A stretch of 32,643 bases of DNA from Actinobacteria bacterium UBA7524 (GTDB lineage Bacteria > Actinomycetota > Coriobacteriia > Anaerosomatales > UBA912). The position numbers were made by a program, and so were the translations under genes. The notes beneath the pieces are model-generated. The model ran no database searches and had not been told where the DNA came from. It saw only the letters and a program-made list of their open reading frames with translations. Of this stretch, positions 17,403 to 28,300 are shown piece after piece. Every line of letters starts with the position of its first letter. The stretch's first letter is position 1. The stretch lies in contig DLMY01000034.1 of NCBI GenBank assembly GCA_002478275.1, positions 1 to 32,643 of the forward strand, in the 5' to 3' direction.

Positions 17403-18821
17403 TTGTCTGACATCAAGAAGCCGTGGGGAGGCAGGTTCGAACGCTCGGGCGGCAGGTTCCTCGACGAGTTCGGGGCATCGCTTCCGGTCGACAGCCGCAT
17501 GTGGGCCGAGGACATCCGCGGCTCCATCGCCCATGCCCGCATGCTCGCCGAGCGCGACGTGATCACCTCCGCCGATGCTGATGCGATCGAGGCGGGCCTC
17601 TCGGAGATCTACCGCGAGATCCGCGACGGCTCATTCGCATTCGATGTCGCCGACGAGGACATCCACATGGCCATCGAGCGTGTGCTCACCGAGCGCATCG
17701 GCCCTGCGGGCGCGCGCCTGCATACCGGCCGCAGCCGCAACGATCAGGTCGCGCTCGACACGCGCATGTACGCCAAGGCACGGGCACGCGAGCTCAGCGA
17801 AGTCAACGTGGAGCTGCGCTCTGCGATCGTTCGCCTCGCCGAGGAGAACCCCGATGTGGTCATGCCTGGCTACACGCACCTCCAGAAGGCCCAGCCGGTC
17901 TTGCTCGCACATCATCTGCTCGCATATTTCTGGATGCTGTCGCGTGACGCGACGCGCCTGCGCCACGCTTTCGAAGCTGCTGACGTCATGGTGCTGGGCT
18001 CGGCCGCACTGGCCGGTACGACCTTCGACATCGACAGGCGCTTCGTCGCCGACAGACTCGGTTTCTCAGACGTCGGGGCCAACTCGATGGACGGCGTGAG
18101 CGACCGGGACTTCCTGCTCGACCTGACATACGCATGTGCGGTGACGATGGTGCATCTCTCGCGCTTGTGCGAGGAACTCGTCTTATGGTCTTCCGACGAG
18201 TTCGGGTTCATCACGCTCGACGATGCGTATGCCACCGGCTCGAGCATCATGCCGCAGAAGAAGAACCCGGACTTCGCCGAGCTCGTGCGTGGCAAGACCG
18301 GGCGCGTCGTGGGCGATCTCGTCGGACTGCTCACTGTGCTCAAGGGTCTGCCGCTCGCGTACAACAAGGACATGCAGGAGGACAAGGAAGGCGCGTTCGA
18401 TGCGATCGACACCGCGCACGCATCGATGACCGTCGTCGCCGGCATGCTCGATACGATGAGCGTGAACGAGGACCGCATGGCCCTCGCCGCCGCCGGCGGG
18501 TTCACCGCCGCGACCGACCTGGCCGATCACCTCGCTGCGTCCGGCGTGCCCTTCAGGGAGGCTCACGAGATCGTCGGACGCCTCGTCTTGCGCTGTGAGC
18601 GCGAGGGGCGTACTCTGCAGGACCTCAGTGCCGAGGAGTACGCAGAGGTGCACCCTTCGTTCGGGACCGACGTGGCGAACATCGTCGATGTGCGCGAAGT
18701 CGTCGCGCGCCGCAGGAGCGAGGGCGGTACCGGACAGGCCGCCGTGGCCGGGCAGCTCGATCGCGCACGGGGCGTTCTGGCGGCGGACACGGCGTGGCTG
18801 GAGACGGCCGCCGATGCGTGA
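17403..18821 (+). CDS. argH: Argininosuccinate lyase (probable TTG start)
   Basis: WGGRF, EDIH, HTGRSRNDQ, MPGYTHLQ, GSSIMPQKKNPD, LPLAYNKD. Confidence 0.97.
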   Translation: MSDIKKPWGGRFERSGGRFLDEFGASLPVDSRMWAEDIRGSIAHARMLAERDVITSADADAIEAGLSEIYREIRDGSFAFDVADEDIHMAIERVLTERIGPAGARLHTGRSRNDQVALDTRMYAKARARELSEVNVELRSAIVRLAEENPDVVMPGYTHLQKAQPVLLAHHLLAYFWMLSRDATRLRHAFEAADVMVLGSAALAGTTFDIDRRFVADRLGFSDVGANSMDGVSDRDFLLDLTYACAVTMVHLSRLCEELVLWSSDEFGFITLDDAYATGSSIMPQKKNPDFAELVRGKTGRVVGDLVGLLTVLKGLPLAYNKDMQEDKEGAFDAIDTAHASMTVVAGMLDTMSVNEDRMALAAAGGFTAATDLADHLAASGVPFREAHEIVGRLVLRCEREGRTLQDLSAEEYAEVHPSFGTDVANIVDVREVVARRRSEGGTGQAAVAGQLDRARGVLAADTAWLETAADA

Positions 18822-19479
18822 GCCCTCGATCGCGCCGGACTGGCCGGTGTGGGCGGGGGAACGTCTGCAGCCGGCGTTCTTCGAGCGAGACCCGCGTGAA
18901 GTAGCACCCGATCTCCTCGGCATGCTGCTCGTGAGTGTCGTTGACAACGTGGTGTGTGGGGGCACGATCGTGGAGGCCGAGGCGTATCTGGGTTCCGGCG
19001 ATCCGGGCTCTCATGCCGCCACGCGGGGGATCACCGCGCGAAACGCCGTCATGTACGGGGCTCCGGGCAGCGTGTACGTCTACTTCACTTACGGGAGCCA
19101 CCACATGGTCAACCTCGTGTGCCTGCCCGAGGGTGAGGCCGGAGCAGTGCTCGTGCGCGCGCTCGAACCGGTCGTAGGTATCGGGATGATGCGGGAGCGT
19201 CGTGTGGGTTGTCTTGGATGTGCCCAGCTCAGGGAGCGTGATCTGGCCAACGGGCCGGGCAAGCTGGCCTCGGCGATGGGCCTGTCATTGATCGACAACG
19301 GGACACGGCTCAATGAAGGCAGGGTGTTCGCGTACGAGGGCCCTGGTGCGTCGCCGGGCTCGATGGGTATCTCTGGGAGAGTGGGGCTGTCGACAGGACA
19401 TGAACTTCAGTTGCGGTTCTTCGTGAAGGACAGCCCGTTCGTGTCGAAGGGCCGTATCGGTCCGCCGCGCCGCACGTAG
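18814..19479 (+). CDS. mpg: DNA-3-methyladenine glycosylase (MPG/AAG family)
   Basis: IVEAEAY, SHA, YVYFTYG, AVLVRALEP, NGPGKL, RVG. Overlaps the argH stop. Confidence 0.92.
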   Translation: MREPSIAPDWPVWAGERLQPAFFERDPREVAPDLLGMLLVSVVDNVVCGGTIVEAEAYLGSGDPGSHAATRGITARNAVMYGAPGSVYVYFTYGSHHMVNLVCLPEGEAGAVLVRALEPVVGIGMMRERRVGCLGCAQLRERDLANGPGKLASAMGLSLIDNGTRLNEGRVFAYEGPGASPGSMGISGRVGLSTGHELQLRFFVKDSPFVSKGRIGPPRRT

Positions 19480-19508
19480 GCCCGGTACGCTCGATAAGGA
19501 GAGGGACG

Positions 19509-20471
19509 ATGGCGATCAGGTTGGGCGATATCTACCGCACGTGCGTCGAGAAGGGCATGGCAGAGGACGCGCGCTCGAAAGAGGAACTCGAGCGCGTGCT
19601 GTCGGCAGCGAAGAAGGCCTACGACGCCCTGGACGATGACGACAAGGAGTTCTTCGACGCCGAAGCCCTCACGAATCCCTACTCGGACACGCGCATCTGC
19701 CTGGGCGATCCCGAGACCGAGATCGCAGGCTTGCTGGTGGGTATCGACATGGAGGTCGGTGAGGTGCTGCTCGCCGACCGCTTGCGGGAGAAGGGCGAGT
19801 CTGTCGACCTGATCTTCGCTCACCACCCGGAAGGGCCGGGTTTGACCGGTCTGCATGAAGTGATGGGAATGCAGGCGGATCTGTGGGCGGCCCAGGGCGT
19901 CAACATCGCGGTGGGCGATTCACTGATCGGTCCGCGGGCGAGTGAGGTGCGCCGCAAGATCATGCCTGCCAACCACTACCGGGCCATCGATGCGGCACGG
20001 CTGCTGGGGTTCTCGTCGATGTCGTGCCACACACCGGCGGACAACTCCGTCAACGCGTTCGTGCAGCGCTTCCTGGACGAAGAGGCTCCGTGTACCCTCG
20101 ACGAGGTCGTCAAGGCGCTGCGCGCGATCCCCGAGTACGCGGACGCGGCACGCAAAGGTTGCGGTCCCGCGCTGGTCGCGGGGACGGGTTCGAACCGTGC
20201 AGGCCGCATGGCCGTGGACATGACCGGCGGCACAGAAGGCCCGACCGAGGCACTCGACAAGCTTGTGGCCGCGGGCGTGGGCACGCTCGTAGGCATGCAC
20301 TACTCCGAGGAGCACCGCAAACACGCCGAGGAGATCAAGCTCAACCTCGTGATCGCCGGACATGTCTCGAGCGACACGCTGGGTATGAACCTCATCCTCG
20401 ACGAGATCGAGAAGCTCGGCTCCGTAGACGTGCACTGCTGTTCGGGCATGGTGCGCGTCTCGAGGGCCTGA
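19509..20471 (+). CDS. NIF3 (NGG1p-interacting factor 3)-like metal-binding protein
   Basis: GID, AHHPEG, CHTPADN, GMH and AGHVSSD motifs. Strong SD. Confidence 0.8.
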   Translation: MAIRLGDIYRTCVEKGMAEDARSKEELERVLSAAKKAYDALDDDDKEFFDAEALTNPYSDTRICLGDPETEIAGLLVGIDMEVGEVLLADRLREKGESVDLIFAHHPEGPGLTGLHEVMGMQADLWAAQGVNIAVGDSLIGPRASEVRRKIMPANHYRAIDAARLLGFSSMSCHTPADNSVNAFVQRFLDEEAPCTLDEVVKALRAIPEYADAARKGCGPALVAGTGSNRAGRMAVDMTGGTEGPTEALDKLVAAGVGTLVGMHYSEEHRKHAEEIKLNLVIAGHVSSDTLGMNLILDEIEKLGSVDVHCCSGMVRVSRA

Positions 20472-20526
20472 GCGCCGACGAAGGGCGCGCTGCCGCGTAG
20501 GCGCGCGGCATCATGAGCTCGGGCAG

Positions 20527-22779
20527 CTACGGCGTGTTCGTCGTCGGGTCGCCAGGCGGAGGTGGTGGCGGCGGAGGCGGCTCCGGTGTGGGTGGCGCGG
20601 GCGCCGGTGCGGGTGGTGGCGCGGGTGCGGCAGGTTCGGGACCCTTTGAGATCACAATCGTGACGGTGCCGCCTGGGCCTATCTTCGAGCCACCTGCGGG
20701 GTTCTGGGAAATGACGTGGCCGACGGGCACGGCGGGGTCGTATGCCTCCGTGAAAACGACGTTGAGGCCCGCTTCTTCCATCGACTCTGCAGCAGCAGCC
20801 CGGGATGCTCCCACAAGCGAGGGCACCGTGATGCGTGAGTCCCACTCGGACTTCCAGCGGTACTTCGGAGCGGCTTGCCGCTCGAAGTCCATCACAGGCA
20901 GCCCCTCGTGCGCCGCACGCATGAACTTCGCCCATATCGGGGCAGCGAGCGTGCCGCCGAAGCCGCGTTGCCCGCGTACGTTGCGCATCGGGGTCTCTTT
21001 CTGGTAGTAGCCGACCCATACGGCCGTGGACAGTTGTGGCGTGTAGCCGGCGAACCAGGCGTCGCGGTAGTTCTGCGAGGTCCCTGTCTTACCCGCGGCG
21101 GGTCTGCCGATCGCCGCACGGCGGGCGGTCCCGCCGGTGATGACACCTTTGAGTATCGAGGTCGCGGCGTAGGCGATCTCAGGCTCGAGCGCCTGCACAC
21201 CGTCGGGCTGCGCCTCGAAGACGACCTCGTCGTCGGGTCCCACGACCTTGGTGATCGCAGTCGTGGGGTTGTAGATGCCGTTGGTGGCCAGTGTGCCGTA
21301 CGCTGCCGCCATGTCGAGTGCTGAGACGTTATGGCTACCCAGGGCTATCGACGGGAAAGCGGGGATGTCGGACTTGATACCCATGCGTTTGGCGACCTCG
21401 GCGACCTTCTCGGCGCCGGTCATGCCGTCCTTCTCGTTGAGGTCCCAGATCAGGCGTGCGAACACGGTGTTGACCGAGCTGCGGGTGGCCGCATCGATGG
21501 TGATGAGGCCCCGGCCCCGGCCCTCGGAGTTGGAGACGTTCCATGGAGGGTTGGTGGGGATGCGTGCCGGCGATGAGGAATCGACGTGGCGGTGCGGCGG
21601 CATCCCGTCCTCAAGCGCGGCCACGAGCACGAAGGTCTTGAACGAAGACCCCGGCTGTCTGCGACCCTGTGTGGCCAGGTTGAACTTGTTCTGCGAGTAA
21701 TCGCGACCGCCGACCAGGGCCTTGATGTGTCCGTTCCTCGGGTCGACCGAAGCGAGCGCGCAGTCAGGGTCGCCGGGCTGGCCCAGTGAGCTGATGACGG
21801 CGTCCTCGGCCATCCGCTGAAGGCGCGTGTCGATCGTGGTGTAGACGGTCAGGCCGCCCTTGAACACGAGTGCCTGGTCGTACTCGGCCTGCAGCAGCTT
21901 CTTCACATGAGCTACGAAGTAGTGTGCCTGGTAGATGCCGTGCTCGGGGTCGGTCGTGCGCTGGAGGTTGAGAGGCTCATCCTTGGCTGTATCGTATTCT
22001 TCGCGAGTGATGTAGCCGTTCTGGTACATGCGGTACAGGACCTGCGTGCGGCGCTTGAGTGCGCCTTCGGGGTTGTCGTAGGGAGACAGGCGGCTTGGCT
22101 GCTGGGGAAGTCCGGCGAGCAGGGCAGCCTCGGCCAGCGTGAGGTCATTGGCGTTCTTGGAGAAGAAGGTCATCGATGCGGCCTGCGCGCCATACGCGCC
22201 TTCACCGAAGTAGATCGCGTTGAGGTACAGCTCGAGGATCTCCTCTTTGCTCTTCTGCTTCTCGAGCTCCATGGCCAGGTACGCCTCGCGGACCTTGCGC
22301 TTGAAGGAGATGTCGGTCCGTTCGTTCAGAAGCACCGTGTTCCGGATGTACTGCTGTGTGATCGTCGAAGCGCCTTCATCTGCACTTCCCGACATGATGT
22401 CGATGACGGCGGCCCGAGCGATTCCTTGAAGGTCGATGCCTTTGTGCTGGTAGTAGCGCTCGTCCTCGACCGCGACGATGGCGTCGACGAGGTCGGTGGA
22501 TATCTGTGAGATCGGTACGACGGTACGGTTCTCCAGGTATAGACGCGCGAGAAGCACGCCGTCGGCCGAGTAGATGGTAGTGGCCTGCGCTACCGCGAAC
22601 GCGTCGGGTGACTGGTAGTCGGGGAGGTCTTCGAGCCAGCCCATGACGAACGCGTAGGCCGTGGCCGCGCCGGCGAACATCATCGTGAGCATGACGATGA
22701 GAGTCACCGCCACGAGTTTGACAGCGATGAGCTTCGGGCCCTTGTGGCGACGCCGCGCCCTTACCCGCCGACTTGACAT
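20527..22779 (-). CDS. Class A penicillin-binding protein (TG + TP + PASTA, Pro-rich tail)
   Basis: SD GGAGG before ATG22779. TM segment; EDERYY, GASTITQQ, RKVRE; SSFK, SVN, KTG; PASTA; poly-Pro tail. Confidence 0.95.
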   Translation of the reverse strand: MSSRRVRARRRHKGPKLIAVKLVAVTLIVMLTMMFAGAATAYAFVMGWLEDLPDYQSPDAFAVAQATTIYSADGVLLARLYLENRTVVPISQISTDLVDAIVAVEDERYYQHKGIDLQGIARAAVIDIMSGSADEGASTITQQYIRNTVLLNERTDISFKRKVREAYLAMELEKQKSKEEILELYLNAIYFGEGAYGAQAASMTFFSKNANDLTLAEAALLAGLPQQPSRLSPYDNPEGALKRRTQVLYRMYQNGYITREEYDTAKDEPLNLQRTTDPEHGIYQAHYFVAHVKKLLQAEYDQALVFKGGLTVYTTIDTRLQRMAEDAVISSLGQPGDPDCALASVDPRNGHIKALVGGRDYSQNKFNLATQGRRQPGSSFKTFVLVAALEDGMPPHRHVDSSSPARIPTNPPWNVSNSEGRGRGLITIDAATRSSVNTVFARLIWDLNEKDGMTGAEKVAEVAKRMGIKSDIPAFPSIALGSHNVSALDMAAAYGTLATNGIYNPTTAITKVVGPDDEVVFEAQPDGVQALEPEIAYAATSILKGVITGGTARRAAIGRPAAGKTGTSQNYRDAWFAGYTPQLSTAVWVGYYQKETPMRNVRGQRGFGGTLAAPIWAKFMRAAHEGLPVMDFERQAAPKYRWKSEWDSRITVPSLVGASRAAAAESMEEAGLNVVFTEAYDPAVPVGHVISQNPAGGSKIGPGGTVTIVISKGPEPAAPAPPPAPAPAPPTPEPPPPPPPPPGDPTTNTP

Positions 22780-22870
22780 GTCCTGAGCTACACCTCCAAC
22801 GTGTCTATTGTGCCGCATCCCGCGAGCAGCGTGCCATAATGACGCTCCTCCGTTACCGAATGGACACCCC

Positions 22871-25291
22871 GTGACACGAAACGTCAGAACCGAACCGGAA
22901 CTCCTTGCGCCCGCCGGAGGTCCCGATGCCCTGCTCGCCGCGCTCAACAACGGCGCTGATGCCGTGTACCTGGGCGTCGAGAGCTTCAATGCTCGCCGAG
23001 GAGCCGAGAACTTCACCCTCGAGACCCTGCCCGAAGCCACACGCCTTGCGCATCTCAGGGGCGCCCGAGTATACCTCACGGCCAATGTGCTGGTCATGGC
23101 CGAGGAGACACGAGAGGCCTTAGACCTCCTCGACGAAGCGTGGGCGGCGGGTGTGGACGCTGTGATCCTGCAAGACCTCGGACTCGCCTCACTGGCCGCT
23201 TCGGAGCTGCCGCACGTGCGTCTGCACGCCTCCACCCAACTCAACGCGCACAACGCCGCGACCGTTGCGGAGCTGGCGCGCCGGGGCTTTGCGCGCGTGA
23301 CGCTAGCGCGTGAGACGCCGGTATCAGCGATGGCCGGTCTGGCTGCAGCTGCCGATGTGGAGATCGAGGCCTTCGTTCACGGTGCCTTGTGCGTCAGCTA
23401 CTCGGGCCAGTGCCTCATGTCTTCGATGATCGGCGGGCGCTCCGCGAACCGCGGCCGCTGCGCGCAGCCTTGTAGGCTCACCTACGGTCTGCTGGATGCC
23501 CGCTCGCAGCCCAAGGCGGCACCCGGACCGCATCTGCTCTCGCCCAAGGACCTGTGCGGGCTCGACATGCTGCCGGCGCTGATCGGCGCCGGAGTCGGCG
23601 CACTCAAGATCGAGGGCCGCATGAAGGCGCCCGAGTACGTCGCACTCGTGACCGGCGTATACCGCGCCGCGCTCGACCGGGCGCTTTCAGACCCCGAGGG
23701 CTTCGAGGTCACCGATGCGGAGCGTTCCATCCTGGCCGAGGCGTTCAACAGGGGGTTCTCCTCGGCGTACCTTGATGGCATACGGGACGACCGGATGATG
23801 AGCTACTCCCGCCCCAACAACCGCGGGGTGCCGGTCGGCCGGGTCGCGAAGGTGCTGGGAGGCGACGTGTACGTGTCGCTCGACACAGCGCTCGACCAGG
23901 CCGACACGGTCGAGTTCTGGACCTCGCGCGGCCGCTTCGCGCAGAAGGCGGGCGAGCTGCGACTTTCGGGCAGGCCCGTCGGTGTGGCGCCTGCGGGCAA
24001 GACAGTCACGATGCGAGCGGAGAAGTCGCTGAGCGCCGGTGACCGGGTGTTCCGGGTCGCCAACGCTGCGCTCGAGGAGGCCGCCCGTCGCACGTTCGCC
24101 ACCCGGGCGGGCACGCGTCCGATACCGCTGGACGTGGCGGTGAGCGTCGTGGTCGGTCGACCCGTGAGCGTCGAGGTGCGCCATGGCGAGTTCGTCGGGC
24201 AGGCGAGCGGGCCGGTCGTCGAGGCCGCGCGCACCAAAGCGATAACCGCCGAGGAGATCACCGAGCACGTCGGCCGCATGGGCGGTACGTTGTTCGAGCC
24301 GGGCGCGTTCGACATCGAGCTCTCGCCCGGCGCCGGGCTGGGGTACTCGGTCCTGCATCATGCGCGTCGCGACGCGATAGCCGCTCTCGAAGACGCGATG
24401 CTTGCCGGCTGGTCCAAGCGCGAGCCCGTACACCCCAAGCCGCGTGCGCTGCCTAAGGGTGTGACCGTGACCGAGGTGCCCGACATCGTCGTGCGCACCG
24501 ATGACCCGGCCATAGCGCGTGCGTGTCTGGCCGCAGGCGCACAGCGTGCGATCGTGCCGGCATGGGCGTACGACGCCACCGACGCCGAGACACCGGCCGG
24601 GGGTGTGTGGGTCGAGCTTCCCCGGATCGCTCACGACGCCGAGGTCGGCGCGCTCGTCGATACAGCCCGCGCCGCAGGCCGCATCGTCGCCGGTAACCTC
24701 GGGCTGCTGGCGGCGGTAGGCGGACTCGATGAGCCGCTTGCGGCAGAGGCGCACTGGGGGCTTAACGCCGCCAACGCCTACACCGTCGAGGCGCTCGCCG
24801 AGTCCGGCGCTGGCTTCGTGTGGCTCTCACCCGAGCTTTCCGGCCGCCAAGTAGCCGCCGTCGTCAAGCAGGCGCGCGTCCCGGTCGGCATCGCGCTGTA
24901 CGGGCGCCAGGAGGTCATGGTCACCGAGCACTGCGTGCTGATGTCGGCCGGCCCGTGCGACCAGCGCTGCGGCACGTGCCCCAGGCGGCAGGGCTGGTAC
25001 GCGCTCAAAGATGCGAAAGGCTACGCGTTCCCCGTCATGAGCGACCCGTCCGGGCGGAGCCACATCTTCAACTCGGTGCCGCTCGATCTGACGCGTGCGC
25101 TGGCCGAGATCGTCGAGGCCGGGGTCTCGGCGGTACGTCTCGACTTCACCGTCGAGCACCTCCAGGAGGCCCAGCACATCACCCGCCTGGCGCGCGAGGC
25201 GCTCGTCGCTGTCGCATCGGGCAAGGCCCCGAAGGAGGGGCTGGCCCGCCAACAAGGCACGAGCGGGCATTTCTTCCGAGGAGTGCGCTGA
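22871..25291 (+). CDS. U32 peptidase-family Fe-S protein with DUF3656-type C-terminal half (RlhA-like RNA hydroxylation factor)
   Basis: PELLAPAG, HASTQ, HGALCVSYSGQC...SANRGRCAQPCR, KIEGRMK, a second degenerate U32 unit, and a GHFFRGV end. Start codon uncertain. Confidence 0.88.
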   Translation: MTRNVRTEPELLAPAGGPDALLAALNNGADAVYLGVESFNARRGAENFTLETLPEATRLAHLRGARVYLTANVLVMAEETREALDLLDEAWAAGVDAVILQDLGLASLAASELPHVRLHASTQLNAHNAATVAELARRGFARVTLARETPVSAMAGLAAAADVEIEAFVHGALCVSYSGQCLMSSMIGGRSANRGRCAQPCRLTYGLLDARSQPKAAPGPHLLSPKDLCGLDMLPALIGAGVGALKIEGRMKAPEYVALVTGVYRAALDRALSDPEGFEVTDAERSILAEAFNRGFSSAYLDGIRDDRMMSYSRPNNRGVPVGRVAKVLGGDVYVSLDTALDQADTVEFWTSRGRFAQKAGELRLSGRPVGVAPAGKTVTMRAEKSLSAGDRVFRVANAALEEAARRTFATRAGTRPIPLDVAVSVVVGRPVSVEVRHGEFVGQASGPVVEAARTKAITAEEITEHVGRMGGTLFEPGAFDIELSPGAGLGYSVLHHARRDAIAALEDAMLAGWSKREPVHPKPRALPKGVTVTEVPDIVVRTDDPAIARACLAAGAQRAIVPAWAYDATDAETPAGGVWVELPRIAHDAEVGALVDTARAAGRIVAGNLGLLAAVGGLDEPLAAEAHWGLNAANAYTVEALAESGAGFVWLSPELSGRQVAAVVKQARVPVGIALYGRQEVMVTEHCVLMSAGPCDQRCGTCPRRQGWYALKDAKGYAFPVMSDPSGRSHIFNSVPLDLTRALAEIVEAGVSAVRLDFTVEHLQEAQHITRLAREALVAVASGKAPKEGLARQQGTSGHFFRGVR

Positions 25292-25354
25292 CGCAGCGGC
25301 ACGTCGCCATCGCCCTGGCCTATCGGGGTAGCGCGGTCGCCTATGCCGCCGCCG

Positions 25355-28300
25355 TCAGTCGATGCGGATCGCGCGCGTGATCGAGGACGTCTGGTTGCGG
25401 TCGTCGGTCACCCAGAGCGTCACCTCGTAGGTGCCCGGGTCGGTGAACGTGTGAGTGACGCTCACACCCTGGCCGTCGAAGCCGTCACCGAACTCCCAGA
25501 CATAGACGGTGATCTGGCCGTCGTCGGTCGACTTGGAGCCATCGAACGTGATCGGCTGACCCACGGCGCCGTTCTCCGGTGAGGTGAACGCTGCCGTGGG
25601 AGGCTTGTTCGAAGCGCCTCCGTCCGAGACGACGATGGTGACGACGGTCTGCGTGGTCCCCACGCTGCCTCGGGGCGGGTCCTGGCTTGCGACGATACCG
25701 GCTGGGATACCTCGCACATCCTGCTCGACGACCTTGAACTGCAACATCAGTTGCTTGAGGGTCGCGAGCGCCTGTTCCTTGGTCAGCCCGATGACGTTGG
25801 GGATGTCGATCTGGACCGGCCCGGTGTGGAGAGGACACGCTTCGGGCAGGAAAGAGCTCAAGTACAGGCTGGAGAACGTCGAGGTGCACCACTGCCCGGC
25901 CCGTTGACCCGACTCCGCGCAGATGGTGACCTGTGTGAGTCCTGCCGGCTTCTGGAACTCCTGCACCTCAAGACCTTCATGCGCCGCCTGCATGAACTTC
26001 GACCAGATCTCGGCGGGGAACGACCCGCCGGTCACGGAGCGGCCATGGACGTCCTTCATCTCGCGCTGGGCGTCCGGGTAGCCGACCCACACGGCGCACG
26101 CGATCTGCGGTGTGTATCCCACGAACCACGCGTCGCGNNNNNNNNNNNNNNNNNNNNNNNNNNNNNNNNNNNNNNNNNNNNNNNNNNNNNNNNNNNNNNN
26201 NNNNNNNNNNNNNNNNNNNNNNNNNNNNNNNNNNNNNNNNNNNNNNNNNNNNNNNNNNNNNNTATCCCACGAACCACGCGTCGCGGTACTCCTGCGTGGT
26301 GCCCGTCTTTCCCGCTGCTGGTCTGCCCATACGTGCCGAGGTGCCCGTCCCGCGCTGAAGCACTCCCTTGAGCATGTCGGTCGCAAGGTAGGCGACGGCC
26401 GGGTCGAGCACGGGCGTCGCCGATGCCTCGGCCGAGAAGAGCTCCTTGCCCTTGGCGTCGCTGACCGCTGCGAGTCCGAAGGGCGCGGTATGTGTGCCAC
26501 CCGTCGCGAGCGTCCCGTATGCCGAGGCCATCTCAAGTGGTGAGACGCCCTTGTCCAGTCCTCCGAGCGCGATGGCCGGGACAGCAGCCACGTCCTCTGT
26601 GATGCCCATCTCGTGGGCGGTCGCGACCACCTCATCGGCGCCAGCGTCCAAGATCAGCTTCGCGTAGACGGAGTTGACGGACTTCTCGGTAGCTTCGCGT
26701 AGCCGCATGCTCTCCTGGTTNNNNNNNNNNNNNNNNNNNNNNNNNNNNNNNNNNNNNNNNNNNNNNNNNNNNNNNNNNNNNNNNNNNNNNNNNNNNNNNN
26801 NNNNNNNNNNNNNNNNNNNNNNNNNNNNNNNNNNNNNNNNNNNNNNNNNGAGGTCGCCTCACGCAGCCTCATCGGCCCGCTGCGTCCGCCGCCTGCGCCC
26901 GTGACCTTCCAGGTCTGTCCGTTGGGAAGCGGGAACGAGGCGGGGCCGGACTCGAACATCTCCTCGGTGCCCACACCGTTGGCAAGCGCGGTGACGAGTA
27001 CGAAGGTCTTGAACGCTGAGCCCGGCTGACGCCTGCCCTGCACCGCCACGTTGTATTGCTGGGTAGCGAAGTCACGTCCGCCGACCATCGCCAGGATCTC
27101 ACCGGTCCTCGGGTCGAGGGCCACCAGCGCAGCCGACGGGTCGCCTTCCTGGTTGAGCACTTCCGCGATCGCCGCTTCGGCCGCGCGCTGCATCTTGAGA
27201 TCGAGCGTGGTGCGCACGCTGATGCCGCCGCGGAAGACCACCTCGCTACCGTAGAGCTCGGTGAGCTGCGCCTTGATGTACTCGAGGAAGTACGGTGCCT
27301 GGGCACTGGTATCGGCAAGGCCTGCGAGTACGATCTCCTCGGCGAGAGCCAACTTGTACTGCTCGTTGGTGATGCGCTCCTGTTCGCGCATCTGCATGAG
27401 CACGGTGTCGCGCCGGTCGCGCGCGGCGTCGGGGTCGAGGTAGGGCGAGTAGCGTCCGGGCGACTTGATGACACCGGCGATGAGCGCCGATTCCGCGATG
27501 GTGAGGTCGGCGACGTTCTTGCCGAAATAGACCTGCGAGGCGGCCTGGACGCCGTAAGCCCCGTGGCCGTAGTAGATGGTGTTGAGATAGAGCTCGAGGA
27601 TCTGGTCTTTGTCGAAGCGTTTCTCGACGCGGTAGGCGAGGACGGCCTCGGAGACCTTGCGTTTGATGGTCTGCTCCGGTGTGACGATAGCGTTCTTGAC
27701 GTACTGCTGCGTGATGGTCGAGCCTCCGTGCATCTTGCCACGGGTGATGTCGACCCATAACGCGCGTGCGATGCCGAGCGGGTCGACTCCCTGGTGCTCG
27801 TAGTAGCGCTTGTCCTCGGTGGCGATGACGGCCTGCTTGAGATGGTCGGGCATGTCTGCGAGCGCGATGTCGGTACGGTTCTGCTCGGCGAAGAGCTTCG
27901 CGAGCACCTCGCCGTTGCGGTCGTAGACCATGGAGGTCTGGTCGCGGCCCTTGGGCTTGGCGCCCGGGTCGGGCAGGTCTTTGACGATGGCGGCGTATCC
28001 GACGCCGGCGACGACGAGCCCGACGAGCAGTAGAACGGCCAGCGCGATTCCGGCGATACGCCAGATGCGGCGCCTTCGGCGAGCGGCTGGTCCCGAGGGG
28101 CGAGCCGGTTTGTGTCCGCGGGGACGCGTGCCCTGTGGACGCGGTCGTGCGCTGGACGCGTTGCGCTTCGCGGGCGGGCGCTTGCGGGGGGTGGCACCTC
28201 GGGCGTTGCCGCTGCCGCCGCCACCGTCGGCGCGCCGAGCGCCCGGGGCGGCCTTGCGCGCAGCAGGAGCCGCCTTGCGCCCGCTCGACGCTGCCTTGCG

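Noticed and set aside
25977..26708. Frameshifted or split PBP pseudogene
   Set aside because: The frame changes occur only at N gaps with overlapping flanks, so this is an assembly artefact.
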